Assembly (NCBI GenBank): GCA_963664395.2
Contig: OY761159.2
Coordinates: forward strand, 4,448,001-4,512,000
Direction of reading: 5' to 3'
DNA from: Candidatus Binatia bacterium
GTDB lineage: Bacteria > Desulfobacterota > Binatia > Bin18
Length of the DNA: 64,000 nt
In this document: in pieces, positions 18,632 to 28,181 of the stretch
How positions within the stretch are numbered: position 1 is the first letter of the stretch
How the letters are laid out: each line of letters starts with the position of its first letter
The notes under the pieces: generated by a model
The model's database searches: none
What the model was told of the DNA's origin: nothing
What the model saw: only the letters and a program-made list of their open reading frames with translations
Program-made: the position numbers and the translations under genes

Positions 18632-19411
18632 TTACAAGTCCATGGGCAGACCCAGGTGTTCCGCGTAGATAAAATGCCGGTGATCCATGAGGGCCGGCGT
18701 AGCCGCCGCGGCCACATCGGGATGATGGTTCTGGTAGAGCGGACGGAAGTCTTCGAGCATCGGACACTCGTCGGGCGGCAGGGGCTCAATCAGGTGAGAG
18801 AAGCCGGCCCAATAAATGTCCAGGGCTGACAGCGTCTTGCCAATAAAATAGCGACTGCCTTGGGCCTGTTGCTCTTCAAGCAGGCTGCTCAAGGCGTTCA
18901 GGATTTCGATCACTCGCGCAGGAGCCGCTTCCCCGGCCTCGGGCGAGTAGCCGTATTTTGCGCCAAAGGCTTGGAAAAAAGCCCGCTGCTCTTCCGGTAG
19001 GTCAGGCGCGGACAGACCCTGATGGACCATCATCAAGCGCCGACTCCAGCCAAATCCGTGCATGCCGCATAGTTCACTTGCGTAGCCGAACATTTTGATC
19101 CGGTCGGTTTGATTGGCCGGAATGAGCGCCGGCTCGGGTCGAATGCGTTCCGCCAGATAGAGCTGCTCGGCCCAGTTTGATTTCGGGAGTTCATCATTCC
19201 AGGCAATCGCCGGCGCGGAGGCCTGCGCCGTCCAGGCAATCAGGTCGGCGTGGTCGGAGCCGATCTCAAACAGTCCGCGCGTGTACGGAATCTTCTTCAC
19301 GTCCAGAATGCCGCGAATCCCTTCCGCCCACGGGCCGGGGATGCCCTGGCCCAGGACAATCCGCATCCCTGACTGTTTTCTTGCTTCTGCAACACTGACA
19401 TATTCGGCCAT
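18632..19411 (-). CDS. Glutathione S-transferase-like protein
   Basis: GPWAEGIRGILDVKKIPY, LAERIRPEPALIP, YFIG.TLSALDIYWA; paralog at 53599-54381. Confidence 0.75.
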   Translation of the reverse strand: MAEYVSVAEARKQSGMRIVLGQGIPGPWAEGIRGILDVKKIPYTRGLFEIGSDHADLIAWTAQASAPAIAWNDELPKSNWAEQLYLAERIRPEPALIPANQTDRIKMFGYASELCGMHGFGWSRRLMMVHQGLSAPDLPEEQRAFFQAFGAKYGYSPEAGEAAPARVIEILNALSSLLEEQQAQGSRYFIGKTLSALDIYWAGFSHLIEPLPPDECPMLEDFRPLYQNHHPDVAAAATPALMDHRHFIYAEHLGLPMDL

Positions 19412-19436
19412 AGATTTTCTCCTTTTGCTTGTGCTG

Positions 19437-19877
19437 TTAATTGCCCCGGCCGAGCGGTGGAAGCTGATCCGGAGTCACCCATTCTTCGGAGATACCATTC
19501 ATGAATTCCGGCGGTAAGGCTTCGACAGGGGTTCCCTCAAATTCCGCCGGTAGTTCCGTAGGACGACTGGTATAGACGTATATGACTCCATAGCCGGGCC
19601 GAACCGCAACAACGCCCGGCAGTTGTGACAAGGCATGCTCAGCCGTTGTATACTGCTTTTCGATTGTGCGGACTTGAGAGGTTTTATAGGCTTGCAGCGC
19701 TCGGCCTGAGACGGCTCGACCACGCGCGTCCGAGATGCCGCTCGGGATTTCAACCCGCCGCAGCGCCGCAAGGTCGCCTTGCGGTCGCGGAGCGCACGCG
19801 CCCAGGAATCCAAACGCAATCAGCCAACCATATCGACGGAGGAATCTTCTCGGAGCTATCGGTTCTGAGTCAGGCAT
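19437..19877 (-). CDS. Hypothetical lipoprotein
   Basis: RRFLRR + hydrophobic stretch + lipobox LGAC. Confidence 0.6.
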   Translation of the reverse strand: MPDSEPIAPRRFLRRYGWLIAFGFLGACAPRPQGDLAALRRVEIPSGISDARGRAVSGRALQAYKTSQVRTIEKQYTTAEHALSQLPGVVAVRPGYGVIYVYTSRPTELPAEFEGTPVEALPPEFMNGISEEWVTPDQLPPLGRGN

Positions 19878-19891
19878 ACGTCCCTCCGCGT

Positions 19892-21091
19892 TCAGATGCT
19901 GCAACCCGGATCGGGGTCAATCGGACCGAGTCTTTTGACGACCTGTAGCCCCTCCTTGCTGCCGCGGGCAACCACGATAGGCATGGTCGCATGCTGGCTC
20001 TGCGGGTCTATGCTGACCTGACCGGTCGGCGACTCGAAGCTCAGCCCACGCAGTCCGGTCATGGCCGCTTCGGCACTCACCTCTCCGCTTTTTTCCCAGG
20101 CCGCCTTGAGCGCTTTAATGGCGTTATAGTGCGTCAGGGCATGGTAGCCGATGGGTGTATCTCTGCCGTGCTGAGAACGAACCCGCGCGACAAAATCGGG
20201 CACGCCGTCTTCAGGGTCACTCGCGACAAACGGACTCGTGGTCACAATCCGTTTCAGCTCTTCAGGCGTGAGCCCGTCAACGAGGGTGTCGTTGAACCCA
20301 ATCCAGCCCACGGTGATTTTATCAAGCAAGCCAAGCTCGCTGGCTTGATGCAGGAATTCTTGACCGTGCTTCCGCATCACACAAAACAACACCGAGGCCG
20401 TATTCGTTTCTTGAATCCAGCGGATGATGGGTCGGAATTGCCGCTCATCCGTTGCGATCAGGGCTTGGCCATGGACGTGCTGGCCGTGTTGATACATCGG
20501 GAAGCGCAGTTGGCGGAACATCGCATTTTGCCAGCTGGGATACGAACCCAACATGAAATAATCTTTAATCTGCTCGTCTTCGTCCAGATACCGGACTAAG
20601 GCATGGCCGTCCTGACTCGTAGTCGGGCCGACGGAAAACAGGACAGGCGAACAAAAGCCGCCTGCGTGATTGCTTGCATTCACGAGGGGGATGTTGCGAT
20701 CGGCTAAAAAGCGGGCCGCATATTTCCGACCAGCCGAGGCCCAGGGGCCAACCAGGGCAATCGCCCCCCACTCGTCAATTAACTCTCGACAGCGCTCGGG
20801 CAGGACTGCGGGAGTTGTTTCCGAATCGCGGTACTCGACCGCTATCTTCCTGCCGAGGATACCGCCGGTTCCATTGATCTCAGCGACTGCGGTGTCAATG
20901 CCAAGGCGCATTTGCCGGGCATACGCATCCACATCTCCGCTGAGGGGGATTAAGGCTCCAATATGGACGGTCTGATCCATGGCAAAGACCCGCGCTAAGG
21001 ATGTGGGGCGGCTGACAAACGCTGCCGCACCTGAAGCGGCAATCCATTTCAGCGCGTCACGTCTCTTTATTCGGGTGTTCCTCTTCTGCAC
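19892..21091 (-). CDS. Tat-exported periplasmic binding protein (UrtA/AmiC/branched-chain amino acid type)
   Basis: KRRDALK Tat motif; IGALIPLSG, AVAEINGTGGILGR, FESPTGQVSID. Confidence 0.88.
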   Translation of the reverse strand: MQKRNTRIKRRDALKWIAASGAAAFVSRPTSLARVFAMDQTVHIGALIPLSGDVDAYARQMRLGIDTAVAEINGTGGILGRKIAVEYRDSETTPAVLPERCRELIDEWGAIALVGPWASAGRKYAARFLADRNIPLVNASNHAGGFCSPVLFSVGPTTSQDGHALVRYLDEDEQIKDYFMLGSYPSWQNAMFRQLRFPMYQHGQHVHGQALIATDERQFRPIIRWIQETNTASVLFCVMRKHGQEFLHQASELGLLDKITVGWIGFNDTLVDGLTPEELKRIVTTSPFVASDPEDGVPDFVARVRSQHGRDTPIGYHALTHYNAIKALKAAWEKSGEVSAEAAMTGLRGLSFESPTGQVSIDPQSQHATMPIVVARGSKEGLQVVKRLGPIDPDPGCSI

Positions 21092-21100
21092 CTGCCCTCC

Positions 21101-22246
21101 TTAGTCTCTTTCCGCTTGTACCCGAATCGGCGCGAGGTCCTCAGGCGTGAGCCCCATATCGGTTAAGTCTTGAGGTAAACGCCGATCTACTATCAGGCTT
21201 GCCGCCGCACGGCCCATCGCAGACGATGTCTGGATGCCGTAGCCGCCCTGCCCGGCTAACCAGAACAATCCGGCGCGTTCGCTATCCATACCGACTACTG
21301 GCGTTTTATCTCCGACAAAGCTGCGCAATCCAGCCCATTTGCGGTGAATATGGGTAATGGACAAAGTCGTTGCCTTTTGAATGCGATCAATGGCAACCGC
21401 CACGTCGTAGTCGTCCGGGAAAACATCGCATGGGTCCATCGGCGTCTCATCCGCGGGAGAGGCAAGAATTCCCCCGGACTCAGGCTTAAAGTAGAATTCT
21501 TCATCGCTATCTATGACAACCGGCCAGGCCGCAAGCTCTTGCGGCACTATCCCAGGCGGGCCATCGCAGGTAAAAGCCGTGCGGCGTTTCGGAACTAAGC
21601 CGACCGGTCGTGCCCCGGCCAGCGTGCCGATGACATCACACCAGGCGCCAGCCGCATTCACGACTACCGCAGCAGCGTATTGCTGGTCAGGCGTATGGAC
21701 CTCCCAGCTCGCGTCCGACTGTTGAAACCGGACTACTTCGGCATCCGTGACCACCGTTCCACCCCTGTTTCTTAATCCACGTAAGAACCCCTGATGAATG
21801 GCATGCACATCAAGGTCCAAGGCGTGGGGTTCTAACACGGCGTAGGCAATATATTCGGTTCGTAAGGCAGAACAAAGAGAGTGGGCCTCTGCCGGGTCAA
21901 GGGCGCGGATAGTGGGGACAAGCCGCTGCGCCTCACCAAGCGTTGCCTCCAGCGCAGCTTTTTGATCTTCGCGCGCAATCCACAGCATTTGACGAGGGGC
22001 GGTCAGTGGGTAGTCAGTAAAACCCTCGGGTGGATACTCTAAAAAGGGGCGAGTCGCCAGGGTGAGGCGGCGAATAATGGAGTTGCCGTAATTCTCGGTT
22101 AATACGGCCGCTGACCGTCCGGTTGAATGGTGACCAGGCACGGCTTCGCGCTCAAGGACAATAACCCGACCATGCGCGGCCAGTTCATAGGCAACGGATG
22201 TCCCGGCTATGCCGGCCCCAATAACGAGAAAATCGCACGTTTCCAT
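21101..22246 (-). CDS. FAD-dependent oxidoreductase, D-amino acid dehydrogenase/DAO family
   Basis: GAGIAG, HSTGRSAA, VVNAAGAWCD, WAGLRSF..D.TPVVG, GQGGYGIQTS. Confidence 0.9.
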   Translation of the reverse strand: METCDFLVIGAGIAGTSVAYELAAHGRVIVLEREAVPGHHSTGRSAAVLTENYGNSIIRRLTLATRPFLEYPPEGFTDYPLTAPRQMLWIAREDQKAALEATLGEAQRLVPTIRALDPAEAHSLCSALRTEYIAYAVLEPHALDLDVHAIHQGFLRGLRNRGGTVVTDAEVVRFQQSDASWEVHTPDQQYAAAVVVNAAGAWCDVIGTLAGARPVGLVPKRRTAFTCDGPPGIVPQELAAWPVVIDSDEEFYFKPESGGILASPADETPMDPCDVFPDDYDVAVAIDRIQKATTLSITHIHRKWAGLRSFVGDKTPVVGMDSERAGLFWLAGQGGYGIQTSSAMGRAAASLIVDRRLPQDLTDMGLTPEDLAPIRVQAERD

Positions 22247-22426
22247 TTGACGACTCCCTTCGGATGGCCTGGGTCTACCCTACCATTCCTGGCCGCTCAT
22301 CTAGGTGGTTGTCTCATTCAGTCCTGCCTCTTGTCAATTGTCTTGCCCCGGACATGGCGCAAGACAGGCTGGTGTGGTATGCCTCCGGCAATCCACAAGA
22401 GAATCTCGCATGATGAGGAGGAATCC

Positions 22427-23503
22427 ATGGAGTTTAGCGTAACGGTAGCAACCAATATCGGTGACTGGCAACTCATTAAATTCGCCGAAGACTTAGGCTA
22501 CGACCGGGCCTGGGTGCCCGATTCCCAGATGATCTGGTCCGACTGCTACGCCACCATGGCTGTAGCAGCTCAGAATACGTCACGGATCAAACTCGGAACC
22601 GGAGTCGCGATTCCCGGTACGCGGATCGCACCGGTCACAGCTCATTCAATCGCTTCGGTTAATCGAATTGCTCCAGGACGTGTCTTTCTTGGCATCGGGA
22701 CAGGCCATACCGCCATGCGTGTCATGGGTATGAATCCCATGAAAATCCGCGACTTCCGCGAGTACCTGCGCGTCCTCCGGACTCTCCTGCAAGGCGAAGA
22801 GGTTGAGTACACTTTGAATGACACAACGCGGACCATCCAGTTTTTGCACCAGGACCTGAAGTTCATCGACCTGGAGCATCCTATTCCCATTATTGTGGCG
22901 GCCAATGGACCGCTGGCCCTGAAAGCCGCAGGGGAATTTGGGGATGGGCTGATCTCGGTGCTGAACGAGCAGGAGGCCGTCCTCAATCTGAATATGGACT
23001 ATGTGGGTCAGGGGGCCGCCAGAGTTGGCCGGGACCTGAGCGACTATCATACGGTCTCGCTCACCTCGGTCGTTGTGCTGGAGCCGGGTGAGGATCTGAC
23101 CTCGGAGCGCGTCATAGACGAATGCGGCTCATGGGTGTCGGCGGTCCTGCACTTTGCCTATGAAATCTATGAATTCACCGGCAGAGAAGAGATGATTCCT
23201 CCGTCCATCCACGATATCTGGGACGAATACTGCGCCTATGTGAAAAAAATGGAGACCCCGGCGGAGAAACGCTATCTACAGATTCACAATGGCCACTGTA
23301 CATTTTTAATGCCCGAGGAGCGGCGCTTTATCACGCCCAAAGCCATTGAGGGTTCGTGCATCGTGGGTACGCCGGACGAGATCATTGACAAGCTGCGAGC
23401 CGCAGAGAAAAACGGTCTCAAAGAAGTCAGCCTGCTCCCCCCGATGGCCAGCGCCCGCAAAGTGCTCACCGATTTTGCGGACAAGGTCATGGCGCGGTAT
23501 TAA
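22427..23503 (+). CDS. LLM-class flavin-dependent oxidoreductase
   Basis: AEDLGYDRAWVPDSQM, TSRIKLGTGVA, APGRVFLGIGTG. Confidence 0.92.
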   Translation: MEFSVTVATNIGDWQLIKFAEDLGYDRAWVPDSQMIWSDCYATMAVAAQNTSRIKLGTGVAIPGTRIAPVTAHSIASVNRIAPGRVFLGIGTGHTAMRVMGMNPMKIRDFREYLRVLRTLLQGEEVEYTLNDTTRTIQFLHQDLKFIDLEHPIPIIVAANGPLALKAAGEFGDGLISVLNEQEAVLNLNMDYVGQGAARVGRDLSDYHTVSLTSVVVLEPGEDLTSERVIDECGSWVSAVLHFAYEIYEFTGREEMIPPSIHDIWDEYCAYVKKMETPAEKRYLQIHNGHCTFLMPEERRFITPKAIEGSCIVGTPDEIIDKLRAAEKNGLKEVSLLPPMASARKVLTDFADKVMARY

Positions 23504-23528
23504 GGAAGAGCGTACCCGCAGGGCCCAA

Positions 23529-23568
23529 ACCCACCCCGGCCCTGCGGGCCACCCCTCCCAAGAGGGGA
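23529..23568. repeat. REP-like palindrome
   Basis: acccaccccggccctgcgggccacccctcccaagagggga between convergent genes. Confidence 0.75.
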
Positions 23569-23595
23569 CAAAAGGCAGCTATTCCGGCGAGAGGG

Positions 23596-24483
23596 CTACG
23601 TTACGATCTCGACCGGGTCACCAACCGCGACCTGCCCAGGGGTTTTCACGGTGGCATAGACCCCAAAATTCTGGTTGGCCTCCCGCACCAGGGCGCGCAT
23701 GATCTTGGGGTCTTTTGGCAGATTTGCACAGCCGAGGGTTGTCATCACGCAGCGCAGACAGTTCATCGTCACGTCGAGGGTCATATTCCCGATGTGGAGC
23801 TGTTTGCCCGGCCACGCGGTCTCAACAAAACCGGTCGCCTCTTCGGTCTCAATCAAAAAATTCGGGCGAAAGCGCCGGGCGTCAATCTGGGAAGTCGGAC
23901 TCAGGGCTTGCAACTGCTGCAACGACGCCTCGGTCACCAGCAGCAGCGGGAAGGCGTCAAAATAGGTGCCCGGTGGCGAGGCGTATTGCAGTATCTCTTT
24001 TGGAAAGCCGGATAAATCCGGCAGCGGCTCGTCCGGCTCCAAACCCAGGACGGCTCGCAACTCTTCGGCCGGATTGCTATGCGTCGGCTTGCCGCGTCGA
24101 TAGTGATCGAGATTTTCGGCGGGCTGAATCGGCCAGATGGAAACCTGATGAGCCAGGGCTTGACTCAGCCGGGCTGCGGCATCCGGGTCGTTGGACAAAA
24201 AGGTCGTGCCATCCGGAACGGTAATTTCAGCCGGGCCGATCTGCTCTTTCGTCGGGCTGTCCGGATAGCGCGCCTGACAGTGCATCAAAGCTGGAATTTT
24301 TTTGGCGCTGCTAATGCCCCCTCGGACCTCGTCCCGCACCGCCCAGCCCCGATCGCCCAGCACGCCCTGGGGGTTCACCTCGGCGTGCTCCAGCAGTTCG
24401 CCCAGCATGCTCTTGAACGGATAACGCCAGATCTGTTTGATTGTCCCGACTCGCATCGTATCCTCCGTGAACTGTGATGGCAT
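23596..24483 (-). CDS. MOSC domain protein
   Basis: IWRYPFKSMLGE, GDRGWA, FDAFPLLL, RRFRPNFLI, CLRCVMT. Confidence 0.93.
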   Translation of the reverse strand: MPSQFTEDTMRVGTIKQIWRYPFKSMLGELLEHAEVNPQGVLGDRGWAVRDEVRGGISSAKKIPALMHCQARYPDSPTKEQIGPAEITVPDGTTFLSNDPDAAARLSQALAHQVSIWPIQPAENLDHYRRGKPTHSNPAEELRAVLGLEPDEPLPDLSGFPKEILQYASPPGTYFDAFPLLLVTEASLQQLQALSPTSQIDARRFRPNFLIETEEATGFVETAWPGKQLHIGNMTLDVTMNCLRCVMTTLGCANLPKDPKIMRALVREANQNFGVYATVKTPGQVAVGDPVEIVT

Positions 24484-24497
24484 TCTATGTGAGCACC

Positions 24498-25334
24498 CTA
24501 TTTGCCTGAAAACTCGGGTGTCCGCTTTTCTACAAAATGGGCCACCCCTTCCTTAAAGTCCTCACTGCTGAAACTCGCGCTCATCTCGGTCAGCCCGGCC
24601 TGTAGCGAGGTCGCAAAATCAACGTCCTGAGCGCGAAAGAGCTGAGATTTCATGACCCGCATGGAACGGGGCGAAACCATAGTTGCCAGTTCGAGCGCAT
24701 ACGCCCGGACTTCCGACATAAAAGAGTCCGCCGGATAGAGGCGATTCACCAGGCCCATCCGGAGGGCTTCCTGGGCAGTTATTTTTCGGGCCGAGAGCAT
24801 CAGGTCCAGAGCATTCGGCAGGCCGACAACCCGCGGCAGAATCCAGTCAATCCCGTGTTCGGCAATGAGCCCGCGCCGCGAAAAGGCCGTGGTGAAGACC
24901 GCCGTGTCTGACGCAAAGCGCAGGTCGGCGTACAGGGACAGGATCAGCCCCAGGCCGGCGACCGGACCGTTAATGGCGGCGATGATGGGCTTCGGGACGG
25001 TGGGGAAATACGCATAGCGATAGGAAAATGCCTGGGGCAGATCGAGCCCGCCGGGGATCGGTCCGGGAAAGGCCGCCGGGCTTTCGGGCGCCGCTGCGGC
25101 TGCGGATCGCTCTCGGGCCGCGTTCAGCAAGGCCATATCCGCTCCGGCACAAAATCCGCGTCCGGCGCCGGTAAGAATAATCACCCGGATGGCTGCATCG
25201 GCGGTCGCCTCGGTCAGGGCGTGGCGGACTTCCTGCTCCAGCACGCTTGTCCAGGCGTTGAGCTTCTCCGGCCGATTCAGGGTAATTGTCGCAATACCAT
25301 CCTGGGCGGCATATAAAATTTGTTCGTAACTCAT
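24498..25334 (-). CDS. Enoyl-CoA hydratase/isomerase family protein
   Basis: ITLNRPEKLNA, FCAGADM, KPIIAAINGPVAG, EDFKEGVAHFVEKR. Confidence 0.95.
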   Translation of the reverse strand: MSYEQILYAAQDGIATITLNRPEKLNAWTSVLEQEVRHALTEATADAAIRVIILTGAGRGFCAGADMALLNAARERSAAAAAPESPAAFPGPIPGGLDLPQAFSYRYAYFPTVPKPIIAAINGPVAGLGLILSLYADLRFASDTAVFTTAFSRRGLIAEHGIDWILPRVVGLPNALDLMLSARKITAQEALRMGLVNRLYPADSFMSEVRAYALELATMVSPRSMRVMKSQLFRAQDVDFATSLQAGLTEMSASFSSEDFKEGVAHFVEKRTPEFSGK

Positions 25335-25810
25335 GCGTGTTTCTCCGTTGTCATATGGCCGGCAGACTCCGCTGCCAGACGTTCAGTCCCGGTTTCTCCG
25401 CCAAAGCGGGGTAAGGCGTCTCCGATGGCGACCCAGTCCGCGCGATCGGAAAAATAGTAATGGGCCTGCGGTTGGCGGTCGATGGCAGCGTGCAGATTCG
25501 CCAGGACAATATCCATGACCTCCGGGTGTCGGCTCGACTGACAGAACAGCGAGCTGCCACAGGTATTGCAGAACGAGCGCCGGCCATGCTCCGAAGAGAC
25601 GAAAACGGCAAGCCGGTCCTGGCCCGCAGTCAGGCTGAATTTCGGCGTGGACACCCCTATCCAGGTCACATAGCCGGCTCCGTGCGCGCGCCGACACATC
25701 GAGCAGTGACAGTGACCACAGAAGAGCGTCGGTAAGCCAAACTCAAACTGGACAGCGCCACAAAAACAGCTTCCGCAAACCAGCTCTGTTTTTTCCCCAA
25801 CTTCGGCCAT
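25331..25810 (-). CDS. GFA (glutathione-dependent formaldehyde-activating) family protein
   Basis: GSCFCG, CHCSMCRR, RSFCNTCGS. Confidence 0.93.
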   Translation of the reverse strand: MAEVGEKTELVCGSCFCGAVQFEFGLPTLFCGHCHCSMCRRAHGAGYVTWIGVSTPKFSLTAGQDRLAVFVSSEHGRRSFCNTCGSSLFCQSSRHPEVMDIVLANLHAAIDRQPQAHYYFSDRADWVAIGDALPRFGGETGTERLAAESAGHMTTEKHA

Positions 25811-25877
25811 GATTTCCTCCTCTTTCGAGACAGCGCAGAGTGGCTTGAGCGCTCCCCCGGACATCCGCCGCCGGCTG

Positions 25878-26180
25878 CTACCGATAGTGGACGTTGCGAC
25901 GTTGATCAGTCAGGCATTCCTGATTGACGTACAGACCACCGTGCAGACGACACGCCTGTTCGTCCCGAACGGCCGGATTCATATCGGGCATATAGCATTG
26001 CTCATTGTAGAGGACGCCGCCGCGGGCCTGGCAGCGGCCAGCCTTCTTCCCTTCGGCTTGGGCCATTTGGTGATCAATGTCCTTATTGAACTCGGCGATT
26101 TTCTGATTCCACTTGCGCTCGGCATAGCTGCACGAGGCGGCACCTACGGCAACGAAGGCCAGCAGGCTGTACAGACACAA
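25878..26180 (-). CDS. Hypothetical Cys-repeat lipoprotein (start uncertain)
   Basis: Hydrophobic stretch ending AASC; two C-x3-GG-x6-C repeats. Confidence 0.5.
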   Translation of the reverse strand: MCLYSLLAFVAVGAASCSYAERKWNQKIAEFNKDIDHQMAQAEGKKAGRCQARGGVLYNEQCYMPDMNPAVRDEQACRLHGGLYVNQECLTDQRRNVHYR

Positions 26181-26223
26181 GACGCGGAGGACCGGTCTTC
26201 CGACGGACCCCGTGTGCCGTTCA

Positions 26224-27295
26224 TCAGGCGGGAATGGCACACGGGTTGGACTGCACCACTTCAGCCATTTCATACAGTAAATCGCGCGACTCTTCCCAAC
26301 CGATGCAGGCATCGGTAATTGACACACCATAGGCGAGTTCGGAGTCCTTTTTCCAGGACTGTTGTCCCGGTTTCAGATTGCTCTCCAAAAGGATACCCAT
26401 GACATCGTACTCCTGCTCTTGACGCAGGCCTAACACGTCACGACAGATCGCGGCCTGACGGGTATAGTCCTTGTTGGAATTGCCATGGGAGCAGTCCACC
26501 ATAATGGGGCGGGCTATCCCTTCTTTGGCAACCATTTCTGTCACCTGCGCGATATCCTCTTGGCTGTAATTGGGCCGTCCCCCCCCCACCCCGTAAAATA
26601 ATATGACGGTCGGGATTCCCCAAGGTCTTGATGACCGAAGTCACGCCGTCTGCATTGATGCCCAAGAAGCTATGGACATGCCCGGCCGAAATCATGGCGT
26701 TGATCGCCCCGGAAACTTCCCCACCTGTCGTGTTTTTGAAACCAACCGGCATAGAGAGACCACTTGCCATCTCTCTATGCGTTTGGCTCTCCGTTGTCCG
26801 CGCCCCTACAGCCGCCCAACTGACTAGATCGGCGACGTACTGCGGTGTGACCGGATCTAACAGTTCACTCGCGCAGGGCACACCCATATGGTTAATGTGC
26901 AGTAAAATCTCACGGGCCAGTTCCAGACCAGTCGGAATATCACACGACCCGTCGAGATGCGGGTCGTTGATCAGGCCCTTCCAGCCAATAGTTGTCCGCG
27001 GCTTTTCAAAATAGGTCCGCATCACAATAACGAGATGATCACGGGTTGCGTCAATAATCGGTTTGAGCCGCTCGGCGTATTCGTAGGCGACTTGGGAATC
27101 ATGGATGGAGCATGGACCGATGACAACGAGCAGACGGTGTCGGTCTCGACCGTGTAATATATTACAGATAGCCTGTCGCGTTTGCATGACAACGCCAGCC
27201 GCGCCCTCGGTCAGCGGGAGTTTGACTTTGATAGCCCGGGGAGACACCAAGGGTGTCATCTCAATGAGATGGGAATTTTCAATTTTCTCAGGCAT
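26224..27295 (-). pseudogene. aroG: Class I (AroFGH-type) DAHP synthase, frameshifted in a G9 tract at 26579-26587
   Basis: [43 protein letters not shown] | other frame [27 protein letters not shown]. Confidence 0.9.
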
Positions 27296-27424
27296 GTGGT
27301 TTTCCAATGGAAGAGCAGGCGTGTCGCCGGCCTTTCGGTGTAGTGGTCTACAAACTTCGGTCACCCGGGAGGCGAGCCAAGCCCGTAACATACCACCTCT
27401 TTTCTCCGAATGCGAACCCGGTTC

Positions 27425-27910
27425 TTAGCCCACACGGATGGGAGTCGTCGCCTCCAGGTACTCGGGCACCTCCTGCCATCGACACGACCGAGCCCAGACG
27501 ACGTGAGAGTCCGGGAAGCTCAAGGCAAGGAGCTCGGTAAAATATTTTCCGGCACGCTTCGCGCTCGCCTTTGAGGGCCTGGGGTTAATCAGCTCAGCGG
27601 CGACAAAGAGTTCCTCGACCATTACAGGATCAAGCTGTACAGCAAGCCGCACCCGCCCCGGTGGGTCCGCGGCTGAGCACAGACAGATTTCAAAACTTCC
27701 TTTGAACGAGCGCCGGGCAGAGTCTGGATCAAGCCAGAATGGCATGGCAAGAACAAGATCAGGCTCTTCCAGATATAAAGCCGACAGAACAACTCCTTCG
27801 TGCGTAAACATCTTCACGCGCCAGGAGACTTCGGCAAGGGCTATACCAAACGGTTGGATACGGCGATTAAACTCTCGTTGTGGGACTTCGACCTCCAGCA
27901 CCACCCCCAT
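27425..27910 (-). CDS. Hypothetical protein
   Basis: 161-aa ORF with GGAGG RBS; no recognised motif; divergent from the large TPR/PIN gene. Confidence 0.55.
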   Translation of the reverse strand: MGVVLEVEVPQREFNRRIQPFGIALAEVSWRVKMFTHEGVVLSALYLEEPDLVLAMPFWLDPDSARRSFKGSFEICLCSAADPPGRVRLAVQLDPVMVEELFVAAELINPRPSKASAKRAGKYFTELLALSFPDSHVVWARSCRWQEVPEYLEATTPIRVG

Positions 27911-28181
27911 GGATTCCTCCTCCACATACCGCAATTCCACCACACCACAGATCCATTCCACACTTCCACAACCACATGCTAACACCACCAGAGGTATTTC
28001 TCGTCCCTAGTAGAGGATAACACTATGAAAGTAAAGTAGTATTGGTTCGTGTACAGCTTCCCGCCCAGACTAACAGTGAGAATGCCAAGGGCAAGAGAGC
28101 AGCTATGACAATTATATATACTTATCTTTTCGGTTCATGGTACAAAAACTCAAGACCGTGAGACGAGGTGAAGTGCTGCAA

